A stretch of DNA of 64,000 nucleotides, from IMG/VR virus record IMGVR_UViG_3300034170_000100, positions 10,795 through 74,794 of that record; one strand, given 5' to 3'. The notes below the pieces were generated by a model. It was not told the origin of the DNA. It worked only from the letters and a program-made list of their open reading frames with translations, and made no database searches. This document shows, piece by piece, positions 8,703 through 18,441 of this stretch. Position numbers and translations under genes: made by a program. The first letter of the stretch is position 1. Each line of letters opens with the position of its first letter. This stretch comes from a virus.

Positions 8703-9216
8703 AAGTCGCGGCCACTATGGACACTTGCGTCTGCGGGAGGTCTTTTGCATGCACACGAACAGTGCCATTCTCATCCCGCAAGGTAACATCGACTTTATCA
8801 GTGCTACCAAACCCGCCGATACCGCGATCACTCGCTTCGCTGAACTTGTCGACGAATACCAGCTCAGGTGTACCAACCGGCACTACAATGAACTGAAACA
8901 GACGTTCGCCTGCTGCCCATTGAATAACATCTCCTGTGCGCCCACGCACGTTCACTTTCCACTCGCCTTCATAGTCGCTGTCGATAACACCAACAGTATT
9001 GCCCAATTGAATACCGTGTTTCACACCTGCGCTGGAACGTGGCAGAATCAGGGCAACATAACCCTTTGGCACTTTGGCTGCGAAGCCCAAACCCGTCAAA
9101 TAGGAGGGGGTGCCCAAGGTAGCGCCTGCTACAGGCATGAACAGGTCATAACCTGCGGCGCCTTCGGTACCGCGTACAGGGGTGATTAAATCCGGGTGAA
9201 GTCTAACGATTTCCAT
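8701..9216 (-). CDS. dut: trimeric dUTPase
   Basis: all five motifs present: AAGYDL, PRSS, GVIDSDYEGE, GERLFQ, RGIGGFGST. Confidence 0.95.
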   Translation of the reverse strand: MEIVRLHPDLITPVRGTEGAAGYDLFMPVAGATLGTPSYLTGLGFAAKVPKGYVALILPRSSAGVKHGIQLGNTVGVIDSDYEGEWKVNVRGRTGDVIQWAAGERLFQFIVVPVGTPELVFVDKFSEASDRGIGGFGSTDKVDVTLRDENGTVRVHAKDLPQTQVSIVAAT

Positions 9217-9252
9217 TAATATGCTCTCTTTACTGGTTTAGGGGATGTGCAC

Positions 9253-11406
9253 ATGGCACAAGATGAACAACAACCGCTGGATACGCTGAACCAGCATAAA
9301 CTGACAGATTGGTCTCACGAACCAACTCTGGCGGAATTAAAGCTCGATGTCGAGAACTCTGCTACTGCGCACAAAACGCAGGTGACGCTAATTGACGGCT
9401 GGCTTGAATATCTACACGCGACTGGTAAAGGTGCGGCGCCGAAGGAGAAGAACAAGTCTCAGGCCCAGCCAAAGCTCATTCGCCAGCAAGCAGAGTGGCG
9501 ATACGCTTCTTTGTCCGAGCCTTTCCTTTCTTCCCCAGACATCTTCGAACTGAAGCCGGTTACCTGGGAAGATCGTAATGCTGCGATGCAGAATGGTCTG
9601 CTGCTCAACAACCAGATGAACACCCGCATCGACAAGCAACACTTGATCGACACGATGGTTCGCTGTGCTGTTGATACCGGCGTGGCCTTCCTGAAGACCG
9701 GTTGGTTGCGTGAAGTCAAGAAGGTGAAGCGCCAGGTACCTCAATACGAGCTGACGCAAAATCCTGAATACTTGCAGATCATGCAGGAACTTGATGCACT
9801 CAAGGCTGAATCGCCGTCGCAGTATTACGAAGTCGATGAAGGTTACCGTCTTGCGCATGAAACCTACGAAACCGATGGCATTCCGTATGCTCCGGTGCAA
9901 GTAGGGTTCATTGAAGAAGAACAGGAAGACGTTATTCAGAACCACCCTACGTTGGAGGTGATTTCACACAAGAACATCATCGTTGACCCAACGTGCAAAG
10001 GTATCCTGGAAAACGCCGGCTTTATCGTGCACAAGTTCCTGACCAGCAAGTCCGAGCTGAAGAAGGACGGTCGTTACAAGAACCTGGACAAAATTGTCAC
10101 TGACAAGGCCCAGCCACTTTCAGAGCCTGACTTTGATGTGGGCGTAAAAGATCGGACGTTCAACTTCGCGGATAAAGCCCGAACCAAGATGGTTGCCTAT
10201 GAGTACTGGGGCTTCCGTGATATTGACGGCTCCGGTGTAGTGAAGCCGTTTGTGGCTACCTGGGTAGGCGACATTCTGATCCGTATGGAAGAAAACCCGT
10301 TCCCAGATGAGAAGCTGCCCTTTGTTGCAATTCCATACCTTCCGGTGTACGAATCGGTATATGGCGAGAGCGATGGCTCGCTGCTGATCGAAAACCAGAA
10401 GACTGTTGGTGCAATCCAGCGTGGCATGATTGACGTGTTCGCCAAGTCTGCCAACGGCCAGACCGGTATTGCAAAGGGCGCCCTCGACGCACCGAACAAG
10501 CGCAAGTTTGTTGAAGGTGGTGACTACGAGTTCAACCCGGGCAACGATCCACGGTCGGCGATCCACATGCACACCTTCCAGGAAATTCCTGTGTCGGCGT
10601 GGCAGATGTTGCAAGCGCAAAACCAGCAAGCTGAAGCAATGACCGGGGTCCAGGCTTTCTCTGCTGGCTTGAGTGGTACGTCTCTGGGCGATACTGCCAC
10701 TGGTGTGCGTGGTGCTCTGGATGCTGCGTCGAAGCGTGAGCTGGGCATTCTGCGGCGTCTCGCTGCCGGTGTAGTGAAGGCCGGCCGCAAGATGATCGCC
10801 ATGAACGCGGCATTCTTGGAAGACAAGGAAGTCATTCGGGTAACCAACGATTCGTTCGTGGACATTCGACGTGACGACCTGGCCGGCAACTTCGACATCA
10901 GCCTGGGTATCTCCACGGCCGAGGAGGACAATGCCAAGGCTCAAGAACTGTCCTTCATGCTGCAAACTGTTGGCCCTAACGTAGGCTGGGAAGTGACGGC
11001 AATCATCCTGGCAGACATTGCACGCTTGCGCAAAATGCCTGACTTGGCCAAGAAGATTGAGGACTATCAGCCGCAACCTGATCCTGTTGCTCAGCAAAAA
11101 GCACAACTGGAACTCGCCTTGTTGCAGGCGCAGATTGTTACCGAACAAGCGCGCGCCGCACAGTTCGGCTCCAATGCTCAACTGCATCAGGTCAAGCAGG
11201 GCACCGAAGTTGCGAAGGCCAACGCACTCAATGCGAACGCCGACAAAACTAACCTCGACTTCTTGGAACAGGAGTCCGGTGTTAAGCAAGAACGCGATAA
11301 GGAGATCATGGACAAACAGCACCAGGGTCAGGCACAGTTGCAGGCAGTTCAATCAGCTATCCGGCAACAAGAAGCAAGTCAGATGAATAAACCTGGCGCT
11401 ACGTAA
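9253..11406 (+). CDS. portal protein (N4 gp59-like)
   Basis: PKLIRQQAEWRYASLSEPFLSS motif, P22-like portal features, Q-rich C-terminal barrel. Confidence 0.93.
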   Translation: MAQDEQQPLDTLNQHKLTDWSHEPTLAELKLDVENSATAHKTQVTLIDGWLEYLHATGKGAAPKEKNKSQAQPKLIRQQAEWRYASLSEPFLSSPDIFELKPVTWEDRNAAMQNGLLLNNQMNTRIDKQHLIDTMVRCAVDTGVAFLKTGWLREVKKVKRQVPQYELTQNPEYLQIMQELDALKAESPSQYYEVDEGYRLAHETYETDGIPYAPVQVGFIEEEQEDVIQNHPTLEVISHKNIIVDPTCKGILENAGFIVHKFLTSKSELKKDGRYKNLDKIVTDKAQPLSEPDFDVGVKDRTFNFADKARTKMVAYEYWGFRDIDGSGVVKPFVATWVGDILIRMEENPFPDEKLPFVAIPYLPVYESVYGESDGSLLIENQKTVGAIQRGMIDVFAKSANGQTGIAKGALDAPNKRKFVEGGDYEFNPGNDPRSAIHMHTFQEIPVSAWQMLQAQNQQAEAMTGVQAFSAGLSGTSLGDTATGVRGALDAASKRELGILRRLAAGVVKAGRKMIAMNAAFLEDKEVIRVTNDSFVDIRRDDLAGNFDISLGISTAEEDNAKAQELSFMLQTVGPNVGWEVTAIILADIARLRKMPDLAKKIEDYQPQPDPVAQQKAQLELALLQAQIVTEQARAAQFGSNAQLHQVKQGTEVAKANALNANADKTNLDFLEQESGVKQERDKEIMDKQHQGQAQLQAVQSAIRQQEASQMNKPGAT

Positions 11407-11424
11407 CGACAAGCGGTAATATGC

Positions 11425-11448
11425 GGGACTTCAAACGAAGTCCCCTTT
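11425..11448 (+). terminator. hairpin / weak terminator after portal
   Basis: GGGACTTC-AAAC-GAAGTCCC with a short T tail. Confidence 0.45.
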
Positions 11449-11470
11449 AATTCACTCAGGAGCACCCCAA

Positions 11471-11812
11471 ATGGGCAATGCAACTAAAGAAATCGAAGTA
11501 ACCATCGAGCAGTGCAATGAGCGCATCGAAATGGCACGTAAGCTCGAAAGTCTGCTGAACAACCCCGACTTCAACGATTTGATCATGACCGGTTACATGG
11601 AGCGCGAGTCGCACCGCCTTACCCTCATGCTTGCAGACCCGGCGTGTGAAACTGCCCAAGGTCAGACCAACGTAGTGCGCGACCTGTCCGCCATCGCCCA
11701 ACTCAATGCCTACTTCCGCAAAGTGCGTCTGGCCGGCAAAGTGGCCCTTAACACCAAACGTGACCACGAAGAAGAACTTCAACTGCGTCTGATCGAAGAG
11801 TTGGAGGAATAA
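11471..11812 (+). CDS. N4 gp58-like head assembly protein
   Basis: synteny; LLNNPDFNDLIMTGY motif; AGGAG SD. Confidence 0.75.
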   Translation: MGNATKEIEVTIEQCNERIEMARKLESLLNNPDFNDLIMTGYMERESHRLTLMLADPACETAQGQTNVVRDLSAIAQLNAYFRKVRLAGKVALNTKRDHEEELQLRLIEELEE

Positions 11813-11815
11813 GCC

Positions 11816-12961
11816 ATGGCCGACTTCCTCTCTATGTCTGATGCGGACTTCTTGTCTGCCGGTCCCGCCAAGTTAGTGGAAGCGCAAGCCGCTTCAGAGG
11901 TTGCTGTCGATGCGGAGCCCGTCGTTGTTGCCGAAGTACCTGCCACCGTCGAAAGCACAGAAGTTTCTGCTGACGCTAATACGTCCCCCGAAGCTGAGCA
12001 AGAAGGCGAAACGCAGGGCGAAGTCAGCGAAAGTGCTGAAAGCCAAGCAGCTGACGACCTTACTGACCCGCTTGGCGAAGATGCCGACGTTGAGATTGAT
12101 GGCCTCGTAGCTGAAAAGCCCAAAGTAGCGGCGGAGCCTGCTGCTTCTACTGGTTTACCTGAAGGCGTAGAACGTATCTTTGGGACTATCCGGGCCAACG
12201 GCCGGGACATGCAAGTCAAGAACGTCGACGAAGCTATCCGTCTTATTCAGATGGGTGCCAACTATTCGCAGAAACGTGCAGCTGACAAGAAGAACCTGTC
12301 GTATGTGCGAGTTCTGGAACAAAATGGCATGCTCGACCACGAAAAGTTGTCGTTTGCAGTTGACTTGCTTGCCGGAAAGCCCGAAGCTATCGGCAAGTTG
12401 TTGAAAGACAGCAAGATTGACGTTCATGAACTGGACGATGACAAAGTTGCAGCTTACCGCTCGGAATCTCGGGCACCGTCTGAAGCAACTATGGCCATCG
12501 AAGAAGTTGTCAGTGAGCTGGAAGGCAACGAACACTTCGGTCGTTTGGTTGGCGAAATGAAGAACTGGGATACACAATCCCAAGCTCTGCTGGGTCAACA
12601 CCCACAATCGCTGGCACAACTCACCGAACAGGTCGAATCTGGCGTTTATGACAAAGTCATGGACGAAGTCAATCGCCAACAAGTTTTGGGTAACTTTAAA
12701 GGTGTACCGCTGATGCAAGTGTACAACCAGATCGGCCAGGAAATGGCTGCTGCTGGCGCCTTTAACGCCCCGGCCCCGAAGGGTCCAGTTACAAAGCTGG
12801 TAACTCCGGGCAAAAAACCTTCCGCAGCCCCAAAAGCTGATGAAGAACGCCGTCGCGCTGCTGCCCCGTCGAAGGGTGTAACGACTGCAACTGAAGAAGC
12901 AAAAGATCCGAAGTTTCTCGCTATGAGTGACGAGGATTTTATGAAGACCCTTAAACGATAA
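11816..12961 (+). CDS. N4 gp57-like scaffolding protein (often annotated tape measure)
   Basis: acidic N-terminus, ANGR...QMGANY motif, LSMSDADF/LAMSDEDF terminal repeats; precedes the capsid gene. Confidence 0.85.
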   Translation: MADFLSMSDADFLSAGPAKLVEAQAASEVAVDAEPVVVAEVPATVESTEVSADANTSPEAEQEGETQGEVSESAESQAADDLTDPLGEDADVEIDGLVAEKPKVAAEPAASTGLPEGVERIFGTIRANGRDMQVKNVDEAIRLIQMGANYSQKRAADKKNLSYVRVLEQNGMLDHEKLSFAVDLLAGKPEAIGKLLKDSKIDVHELDDDKVAAYRSESRAPSEATMAIEEVVSELEGNEHFGRLVGEMKNWDTQSQALLGQHPQSLAQLTEQVESGVYDKVMDEVNRQQVLGNFKGVPLMQVYNQIGQEMAAAGAFNAPAPKGPVTKLVTPGKKPSAAPKADEERRRAAAPSKGVTTATEEAKDPKFLAMSDEDFMKTLKR

Positions 12962-12975
12962 AAGGAAACGCCGAC

Positions 12976-14166
12976 ATGGCAGCGCCAAACGTATATAAAC
13001 CGATGTCTTACAACGCCCCACCGGGCACCCCTTCGAGCATCGGTCCACAGGCTTACGAGGAGTTTCACCAGAAACAAGCCCTGATCGAAGCTCGACGTGA
13101 ACAGTTCTTTACCCAACTGGCCGACGTGACCGTCATGCCCAAGAACATGGGCAAAAAGATCACCAAGTTCCACTACATCCCGCTGCTAGACGACCGCAAC
13201 GTCAACGACCAGGGTATTGACGCAAACGGCGCCGTAATCGCCAACGGTAACCTGTACGGTTCCAGCAAAGACATCGGTTTGATCCCGGGCAAACTGCCGG
13301 CTTTGACTGAACACGGCGGTCGTGTTAACCGTGTTGGTTTCACCCGTATCGAGCTGGAAGGCACCCTGGAAAAATTCGGTTTCTACGACGAATTCACCCA
13401 GGAATCGATGGACTTCGACAGCGATGCCGAACTGGATATGCACATCACCCGTGAAATGGTGACCGGTGCGCACCAGATGTCCGAAGCGGCTCTGCAAATC
13501 GACCTGATCAACGCCGCTGGCGTGATCCGTTACGCCGGTGACGCTACCAGCACCGCAACTATCGGCAAAGATGACTTGGTCACCTACGACGACCTGCTGC
13601 GCCTGGGCATTCAGCTGACCAACAACCGTACCCCGCGTACCATCACGCAGATCAACGGCACCCGTCTGACCGACACCCGTACCATCCCAGGCGCCCGTCC
13701 TCTGCACTGCGGCTCCGAGCTGATCCCGACGCTGAAAGGCATGAAGGATATGCACGGTAACCCGGCATTCATCTCTGTTGAGAAGTATGCTGCCGGTGGC
13801 GAAACCCTGATCGGTGAAATCGGCCAGATCGATGAATTCCGCATCATCATCGTGCCGGAAATGCTGAAGTGGGCTGGCGCTGGCGCGGCCATCGAAGTTG
13901 GTGATGCTTCCAACCACGATGACGGCGTGAAGTACGACGTGTTCCCAATGCTCTGTATCGGTCAAGGCTCGTTCACTACCATCGGCTTCCAAACTGATGG
14001 CCAGTCGACCAAGTTCAAGATCATCAAGAAGATGCCTGGCGTTGAAACCGCCGACCGTCTGGACCCGTATGGCGAGATGGGCTTCATGGCCATCAAGTGG
14101 TACTACGGCTTCATGACCCTGCGTTCCGAGCGCATCGGTCTGATCAAGACTGTAGCCCGCCTGTAA
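12976..14166 (+). CDS. major capsid protein (N4 gp56 family)
   Basis: YIPLLDDRNVNDQGIDANG, NLYGSSKDIG, GGRVNRVGF and DPYGEMGF motifs. Confidence 0.97.
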   Translation: MAAPNVYKPMSYNAPPGTPSSIGPQAYEEFHQKQALIEARREQFFTQLADVTVMPKNMGKKITKFHYIPLLDDRNVNDQGIDANGAVIANGNLYGSSKDIGLIPGKLPALTEHGGRVNRVGFTRIELEGTLEKFGFYDEFTQESMDFDSDAELDMHITREMVTGAHQMSEAALQIDLINAAGVIRYAGDATSTATIGKDDLVTYDDLLRLGIQLTNNRTPRTITQINGTRLTDTRTIPGARPLHCGSELIPTLKGMKDMHGNPAFISVEKYAAGGETLIGEIGQIDEFRIIIVPEMLKWAGAGAAIEVGDASNHDDGVKYDVFPMLCIGQGSFTTIGFQTDGQSTKFKIIKKMPGVETADRLDPYGEMGFMAIKWYYGFMTLRSERIGLIKTVARL

Positions 14167-14185
14167 CGGCAAAGTAATACCATTT

Positions 14186-14207
14186 GGGGAGCTTCGGCTC
14201 TCCTTTT
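14186..14207 (+). terminator. intrinsic terminator after capsid gene
   Basis: GGGGAGC-TTCG-GCTCTCC then TTTT. Confidence 0.75.
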
Positions 14208-14241
14208 GGGTACAACCCACACCGTTTCCAGGAGAAACGCA

Positions 14242-14940
14242 ATGTCCGAACAAACTTCGCAAGATCAAGCACCATCCGAACTGGAATTGCTGCAAAAACG
14301 TGCAGCTGCCCTGAACATCACCATTGACGGCCGCTGGGGCGTCGAAAAGCTGCGTGAAGTCGTAGCTGCTGCGTTGGCTGAAAAACCTGCGGCAACTCCT
14401 GCACCTGCGCCTGTTGTTGTACCAGTTGCACAACCTATTGTGGTAGCAGTAGCTAAACCAGTGGAAGAAGACGACAGCGAGATTAAATCTCCTGTTGCTC
14501 CTACTTTGATGCCAAGTCTCGCCGCTGCAACTGCCGCCGCCCTGGCGCCGGAAGAACTGGCCGCTGAAACCGAAGGCCAGAAGAAAAACCGTCTGCGCCG
14601 TGAAGCTCAGGCGCTGGTCCGTGTTCGCATCAGCTGCATGAACCCGACCAAGAAAAACATGAAGGGCGAGTTGATGTGTGTGTCGAACAAAAACTTCGGC
14701 ACCATCCAGCGCTTCATTCCGTTCAACCGCGACTGGCATATCGAGAAGGTGCTGTTTGATGCGCTTTCCGAGCGCGAGTACATGGTGTTCGACCGCGAGA
14801 AGACTGGCCGTGCCAACATCGAAGTCGTGACCCCGCGTTGCGTCCCTGAATTCAACATCGCTGTGCTGCCTCCACTGACCAAGGGCGAACTGAAAGACCT
14901 GGGTCAGCGTCAGGCCATGGCCAACGGTACTGGTGAATAA
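14242..14940 (+). CDS. N4 gp55-like protein
   Basis: LVRVRISCMNPTKK and LPPLTKGELKDL motifs; AGGAG SD before ATG 14242. Confidence 0.8.
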   Translation: MSEQTSQDQAPSELELLQKRAAALNITIDGRWGVEKLREVVAAALAEKPAATPAPAPVVVPVAQPIVVAVAKPVEEDDSEIKSPVAPTLMPSLAAATAAALAPEELAAETEGQKKNRLRREAQALVRVRISCMNPTKKNMKGELMCVSNKNFGTIQRFIPFNRDWHIEKVLFDALSEREYMVFDREKTGRANIEVVTPRCVPEFNIAVLPPLTKGELKDLGQRQAMANGTGE

Positions 14941-14942
14941 TC

Positions 14943-15659
14943 ATGGCGCTACCAGATCCAATCACACTGGCTTCGCTTACAGAAGCCCGGGTTGACGGGT
15001 CTGGTGTCTTCGACACGCTTATGCGTGCAATGGCCGGCCACCTGGAACGGGAGTTTGACGACAACCGTTTGCGAGGGGCCGACTATGCCAACGTCTACCT
15101 GAACGCACTGACCCCGGTATTGCAAAATGCCGTGGGTTTTTTGCTTCAAAAGGATGAAGCTGCGTATAAAGCGCAGTTGGTTGAAGCCCAGATCCGGCTG
15201 ACTGAAGTGCAGATCCGTCTGGCCGAGGCGGAACTTGAACGTGAGATTCTGACCAAAGCACTGCTTGCAGCGCAGGTCGATAAGATCACGCAAGAGATTC
15301 TGAACCTGAAGGCCGAAGAATGTGTGCTGAAGGCGCAGTACGACATCGCACTGTCGACCAATCTGCAAACTGTGGCACAGACCTCCCTGGTCAACCAGAA
15401 GATCGCCACCGAGAAGGCGCAGACCTCCGGTATCGGCATTGAGGTGGGTTCGGTAATTGGCAAGCAGGTTGCTCTCTATACCGCGCAAGCTGATGGCTTC
15501 CAGCGAGATGCAGAGCAGAAAGCGGCCAAACTGATGGTCGACTCTTGGAACGTGCGGCGGACCACAGACGTGGGCACCGTAGCGGATGCGACCAACCAAC
15601 TGAACGATGCCAACGTAGGTCGGGCAGTCACTGCTCTACTCGCAGGTGCCGGGGCATAA
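14943..15659 (+). CDS. N4 gp54-like virion structural protein
   Basis: GSGVFDTLM and GSVIGKQVALY...FQRDAEQKAAK motifs; synteny. Confidence 0.85.
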   Translation: MALPDPITLASLTEARVDGSGVFDTLMRAMAGHLEREFDDNRLRGADYANVYLNALTPVLQNAVGFLLQKDEAAYKAQLVEAQIRLTEVQIRLAEAELEREILTKALLAAQVDKITQEILNLKAEECVLKAQYDIALSTNLQTVAQTSLVNQKIATEKAQTSGIGIEVGSVIGKQVALYTAQADGFQRDAEQKAAKLMVDSWNVRRTTDVGTVADATNQLNDANVGRAVTALLAGAGA

Positions 15660-15677
15660 ACCAAGCGTGATAGGATA

Positions 15678-15704
15678 GGGGAACTTCGGTTCCCCTTTTT
15701 CTTT
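15678..15704 (+). terminator. intrinsic terminator
   Basis: GGGGAAC-TTCG-GTTCCCC then TTTTTCTTT. Confidence 0.85.
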
Positions 15705-15714
15705 GGAGTCAATA

Positions 15715-18003
15715 ATGGGGCTATTCAGCAGTAAGAAAAAATACACCGTGAACGTCACGGTGCAGCCCGTATTTCAAGATTCCCAGATCCCTACGAGTGC
15801 TCTTAATGGCATCATTAAGGGAATCATGCAGGATACTGATCTTGTGCCTACTCTTATGGAGGAACTCACGAACAGTATGGGAATTCGGGCAATGACCGGC
15901 TTAGCTAACACACGCAGCCGTCCTTATGACGTAGGCATCCCAAAAGCCAAAGTAGATACCGTCATTCAAGCGAAAGAGCAGGTAATTGCAGCAATCCAAG
16001 CAAACATCGGACTAGTAATCGACACCGAGTACTATTACATGGGTCCGCTGAACTCCGTGCACTACGGTTGGCAATATTGCTATGATGCCCTGGGTTACAA
16101 TCCAAGCACCAACGAACTTGCTGGACTATCAGCAACTGTGGGCTTTCCATGCTATTTGGCTGACATTATCGCTACATACCTGAAAAGCGATTATGAATGG
16201 ATGGTTGAAACCAATGATATGGGGATGCTAGCCCAACTCGGCCCTTCGCCACGTTCCGGCTATCGGCCCTCGGCGCCCTTCAATACTTTGTCGGGTATTG
16301 GGCAGTATGCAGAACAACCTGCATATGAAGTGAGCGACGTGGCTACTGATGACTTCATCACCATTCAGTACGAATTTAAGAACGAAAACGGCACTATTGT
16401 GCAACGTGGGATGACCGTGTCGATGGCCGCATTTGACAACACAACGGACTTCCACATGTGCCGTTATCAGGACACAACGGGAAAAACTGGATTCTTTACT
16501 TACCAGCATGGTGCAGGCACCTACCCATCTATTGATTTGGCTTATGCTTTGGAAGATTCCACACTAGGCACGTACTTTCCGTGGGCTTATTTCCGCGTGG
16601 CGGGGGAAGACGTATACCAGGTGGAAACTGAACAGTCTATTAACCAAATGAAGGCATGGTGCGACACCTTGGGAGTTAGTTACGACAAGCTGTATGAAGG
16701 GGTACAAGAAGACCCTAATGTGGACGATGTTGCACAAAGCATTTTAATGATGGCTGTTTGGCCTGGGCGGCAGAATATTGCGTGCCAAGAATACCTGTTC
16801 AAACACTTTTCAGCATTGCATGCTAATTCCATGTCTCAAGAGGCTCTTAGCTCCACCTTGCCCGGCCGTATGCAAAACTTCACGTCTTCCCCATCACAGA
16901 TGCAACGTATAGGGGACAACCGTTTCAATATGTCCTTGCAGTACAGCGGGATTACCAAACGCAGGCTCACGGGCAAGATAGGCAAGCGTGGCACCTACAG
17001 TTCTAAATATGGGGAGATGTCGCAGAATCAACAGATCTTTATGACACAAACACCGGAAGGCGCAGGAGTCGGTACGACTGCTACCAGTCAGCCTGGTTGG
17101 GTGTATCAATTCCAGGTAACTGACACCATCTTCGAAGAAGTTATTGTTTATGGTTTACGCTCTAACTATGAAGTGCATAGAAAGAAGGGATTTGCTGCGG
17201 GTAACAACGAGCGTGAGCTTATTATCCCAGTAGACTCTGCAATTGCACAAACAATGTCAGTAGCTGCACGAGAACAGCTGTTTTGTCGTGCTTTGACTAT
17301 GATGGTCAATACTGTGATCGTTACGAAGTCTCCATGGTATGCATCATCAGCGTTCCGCATTATCTTGATAGTTATTGCGATAGTAATCACTATCTTCTCT
17401 GCTGGTACGGCGTGGCAGACAATTGTAGCTGCGGCGTCGATAAGTATTACTGCACTGGCTATTACGGTGCTTACCATGATTGTGCAAGCTGTTGTGGTGT
17501 CTGCTGCGGTTAAACTGTTTGTTCGTGCAGTAGGTCCGAAGTATGCGATTATTGCGGCAATTGTTGCTGTAATTTATGGCAACTCTGGCTATGCCACTTC
17601 ACAGCTTTCGGCTACCTGGGCAGAAAGCATGATTCAAGTAGGCACTGCCTTAGTAAGCGAAGCTGCTACTGTGAGTCAGCAACAGATCGCCGCGGGCATC
17701 CAAAACATCGTGGACGATGCGCAGGCATTTTCTGTGTGGGCAGCGGAGCAACTGGATGGGCTTGGTGATAAGATGCAAGCCTTGGGCTTAAACCCGGCTA
17801 TTGTCGGGCTGGAAGCCTTTGATGTGGTAAGAATGGGTCCGCGGCTTGTGTTGGGGGAATCCCCTTCTGATTACTACAATCGCACCATTCACGCAGGCAA
17901 CATTGGTGTCTTGGGTATCGAGATGACGGAAACCTTCGTATCGGTACAGACTCAGCTACCAACCTTCAACCAAACGCAGGAGACTTTCAACTATGGCGAA
18001 TAA
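15715..18003 (+). CDS. N4 gp53-like virion protein with C-terminal transmembrane segments
   Basis: MGLFSSKKK start; hydrophobic stretch after PWYASSAF; GESPSDYYNRT motif; synteny. Confidence 0.85.
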   Translation: MGLFSSKKKYTVNVTVQPVFQDSQIPTSALNGIIKGIMQDTDLVPTLMEELTNSMGIRAMTGLANTRSRPYDVGIPKAKVDTVIQAKEQVIAAIQANIGLVIDTEYYYMGPLNSVHYGWQYCYDALGYNPSTNELAGLSATVGFPCYLADIIATYLKSDYEWMVETNDMGMLAQLGPSPRSGYRPSAPFNTLSGIGQYAEQPAYEVSDVATDDFITIQYEFKNENGTIVQRGMTVSMAAFDNTTDFHMCRYQDTTGKTGFFTYQHGAGTYPSIDLAYALEDSTLGTYFPWAYFRVAGEDVYQVETEQSINQMKAWCDTLGVSYDKLYEGVQEDPNVDDVAQSILMMAVWPGRQNIACQEYLFKHFSALHANSMSQEALSSTLPGRMQNFTSSPSQMQRIGDNRFNMSLQYSGITKRRLTGKIGKRGTYSSKYGEMSQNQQIFMTQTPEGAGVGTTATSQPGWVYQFQVTDTIFEEVIVYGLRSNYEVHRKKGFAAGNNERELIIPVDSAIAQTMSVAAREQLFCRALTMMVNTVIVTKSPWYASSAFRIILIVIAIVITIFSAGTAWQTIVAAASISITALAITVLTMIVQAVVVSAAVKLFVRAVGPKYAIIAAIVAVIYGNSGYATSQLSATWAESMIQVGTALVSEAATVSQQQIAAGIQNIVDDAQAFSVWAAEQLDGLGDKMQALGLNPAIVGLEAFDVVRMGPRLVLGESPSDYYNRTIHAGNIGVLGIEMTETFVSVQTQLPTFNQTQETFNYGE

Positions 18004-18439
18004 CAGCTTCATGCCCTTCGATTTCAGCAATCTTTTCGGGGGCTTGTTCGGCAACAATAACAACCAGCAAAATGCAGGCAGCTTCGGCTCCCAGGCAGGC
18101 AACTTCTTGGGTGGGCAATCTGGGTCTACTTCCCCTAGTTTGTTTAGCCGGCAGAGCCTGTTTGGCGGCACTGACGCCACTACCGGTATTTCCTCCGGTG
18201 GTTGGGCACCGGTGGCCCTGGGCGCAGGTCAGGCTATCTTTGGCGCCCTCCAGGGCAACAAAGCAACCAAGCTGGCAGAAAACCAGTTCAAGGAATCGGT
18301 TCGCCAGTTTGACTTGAACTTCAATGCACAACGCAAGTCGATGAACACTGAGTTGGAAGATCGTCAGCGTGCGCGTGTTGCATCCAATGCCGGGGCTTAT
18401 GAGCCGGTATCCGACTACCTCAAGAAGAACTCGGTGTAA
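17993..18439 (+). CDS. N4 gp52-like small ejection protein
   Basis: Gly-rich N-terminus; NTELEDRQRARVASN motif. Confidence 0.85.
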   Translation: MANNSFMPFDFSNLFGGLFGNNNNQQNAGSFGSQAGNFLGGQSGSTSPSLFSRQSLFGGTDATTGISSGGWAPVALGAGQAIFGALQGNKATKLAENQFKESVRQFDLNFNAQRKSMNTELEDRQRARVASNAGAYEPVSDYLKKNSV

Positions 18440-18441
18440 TC

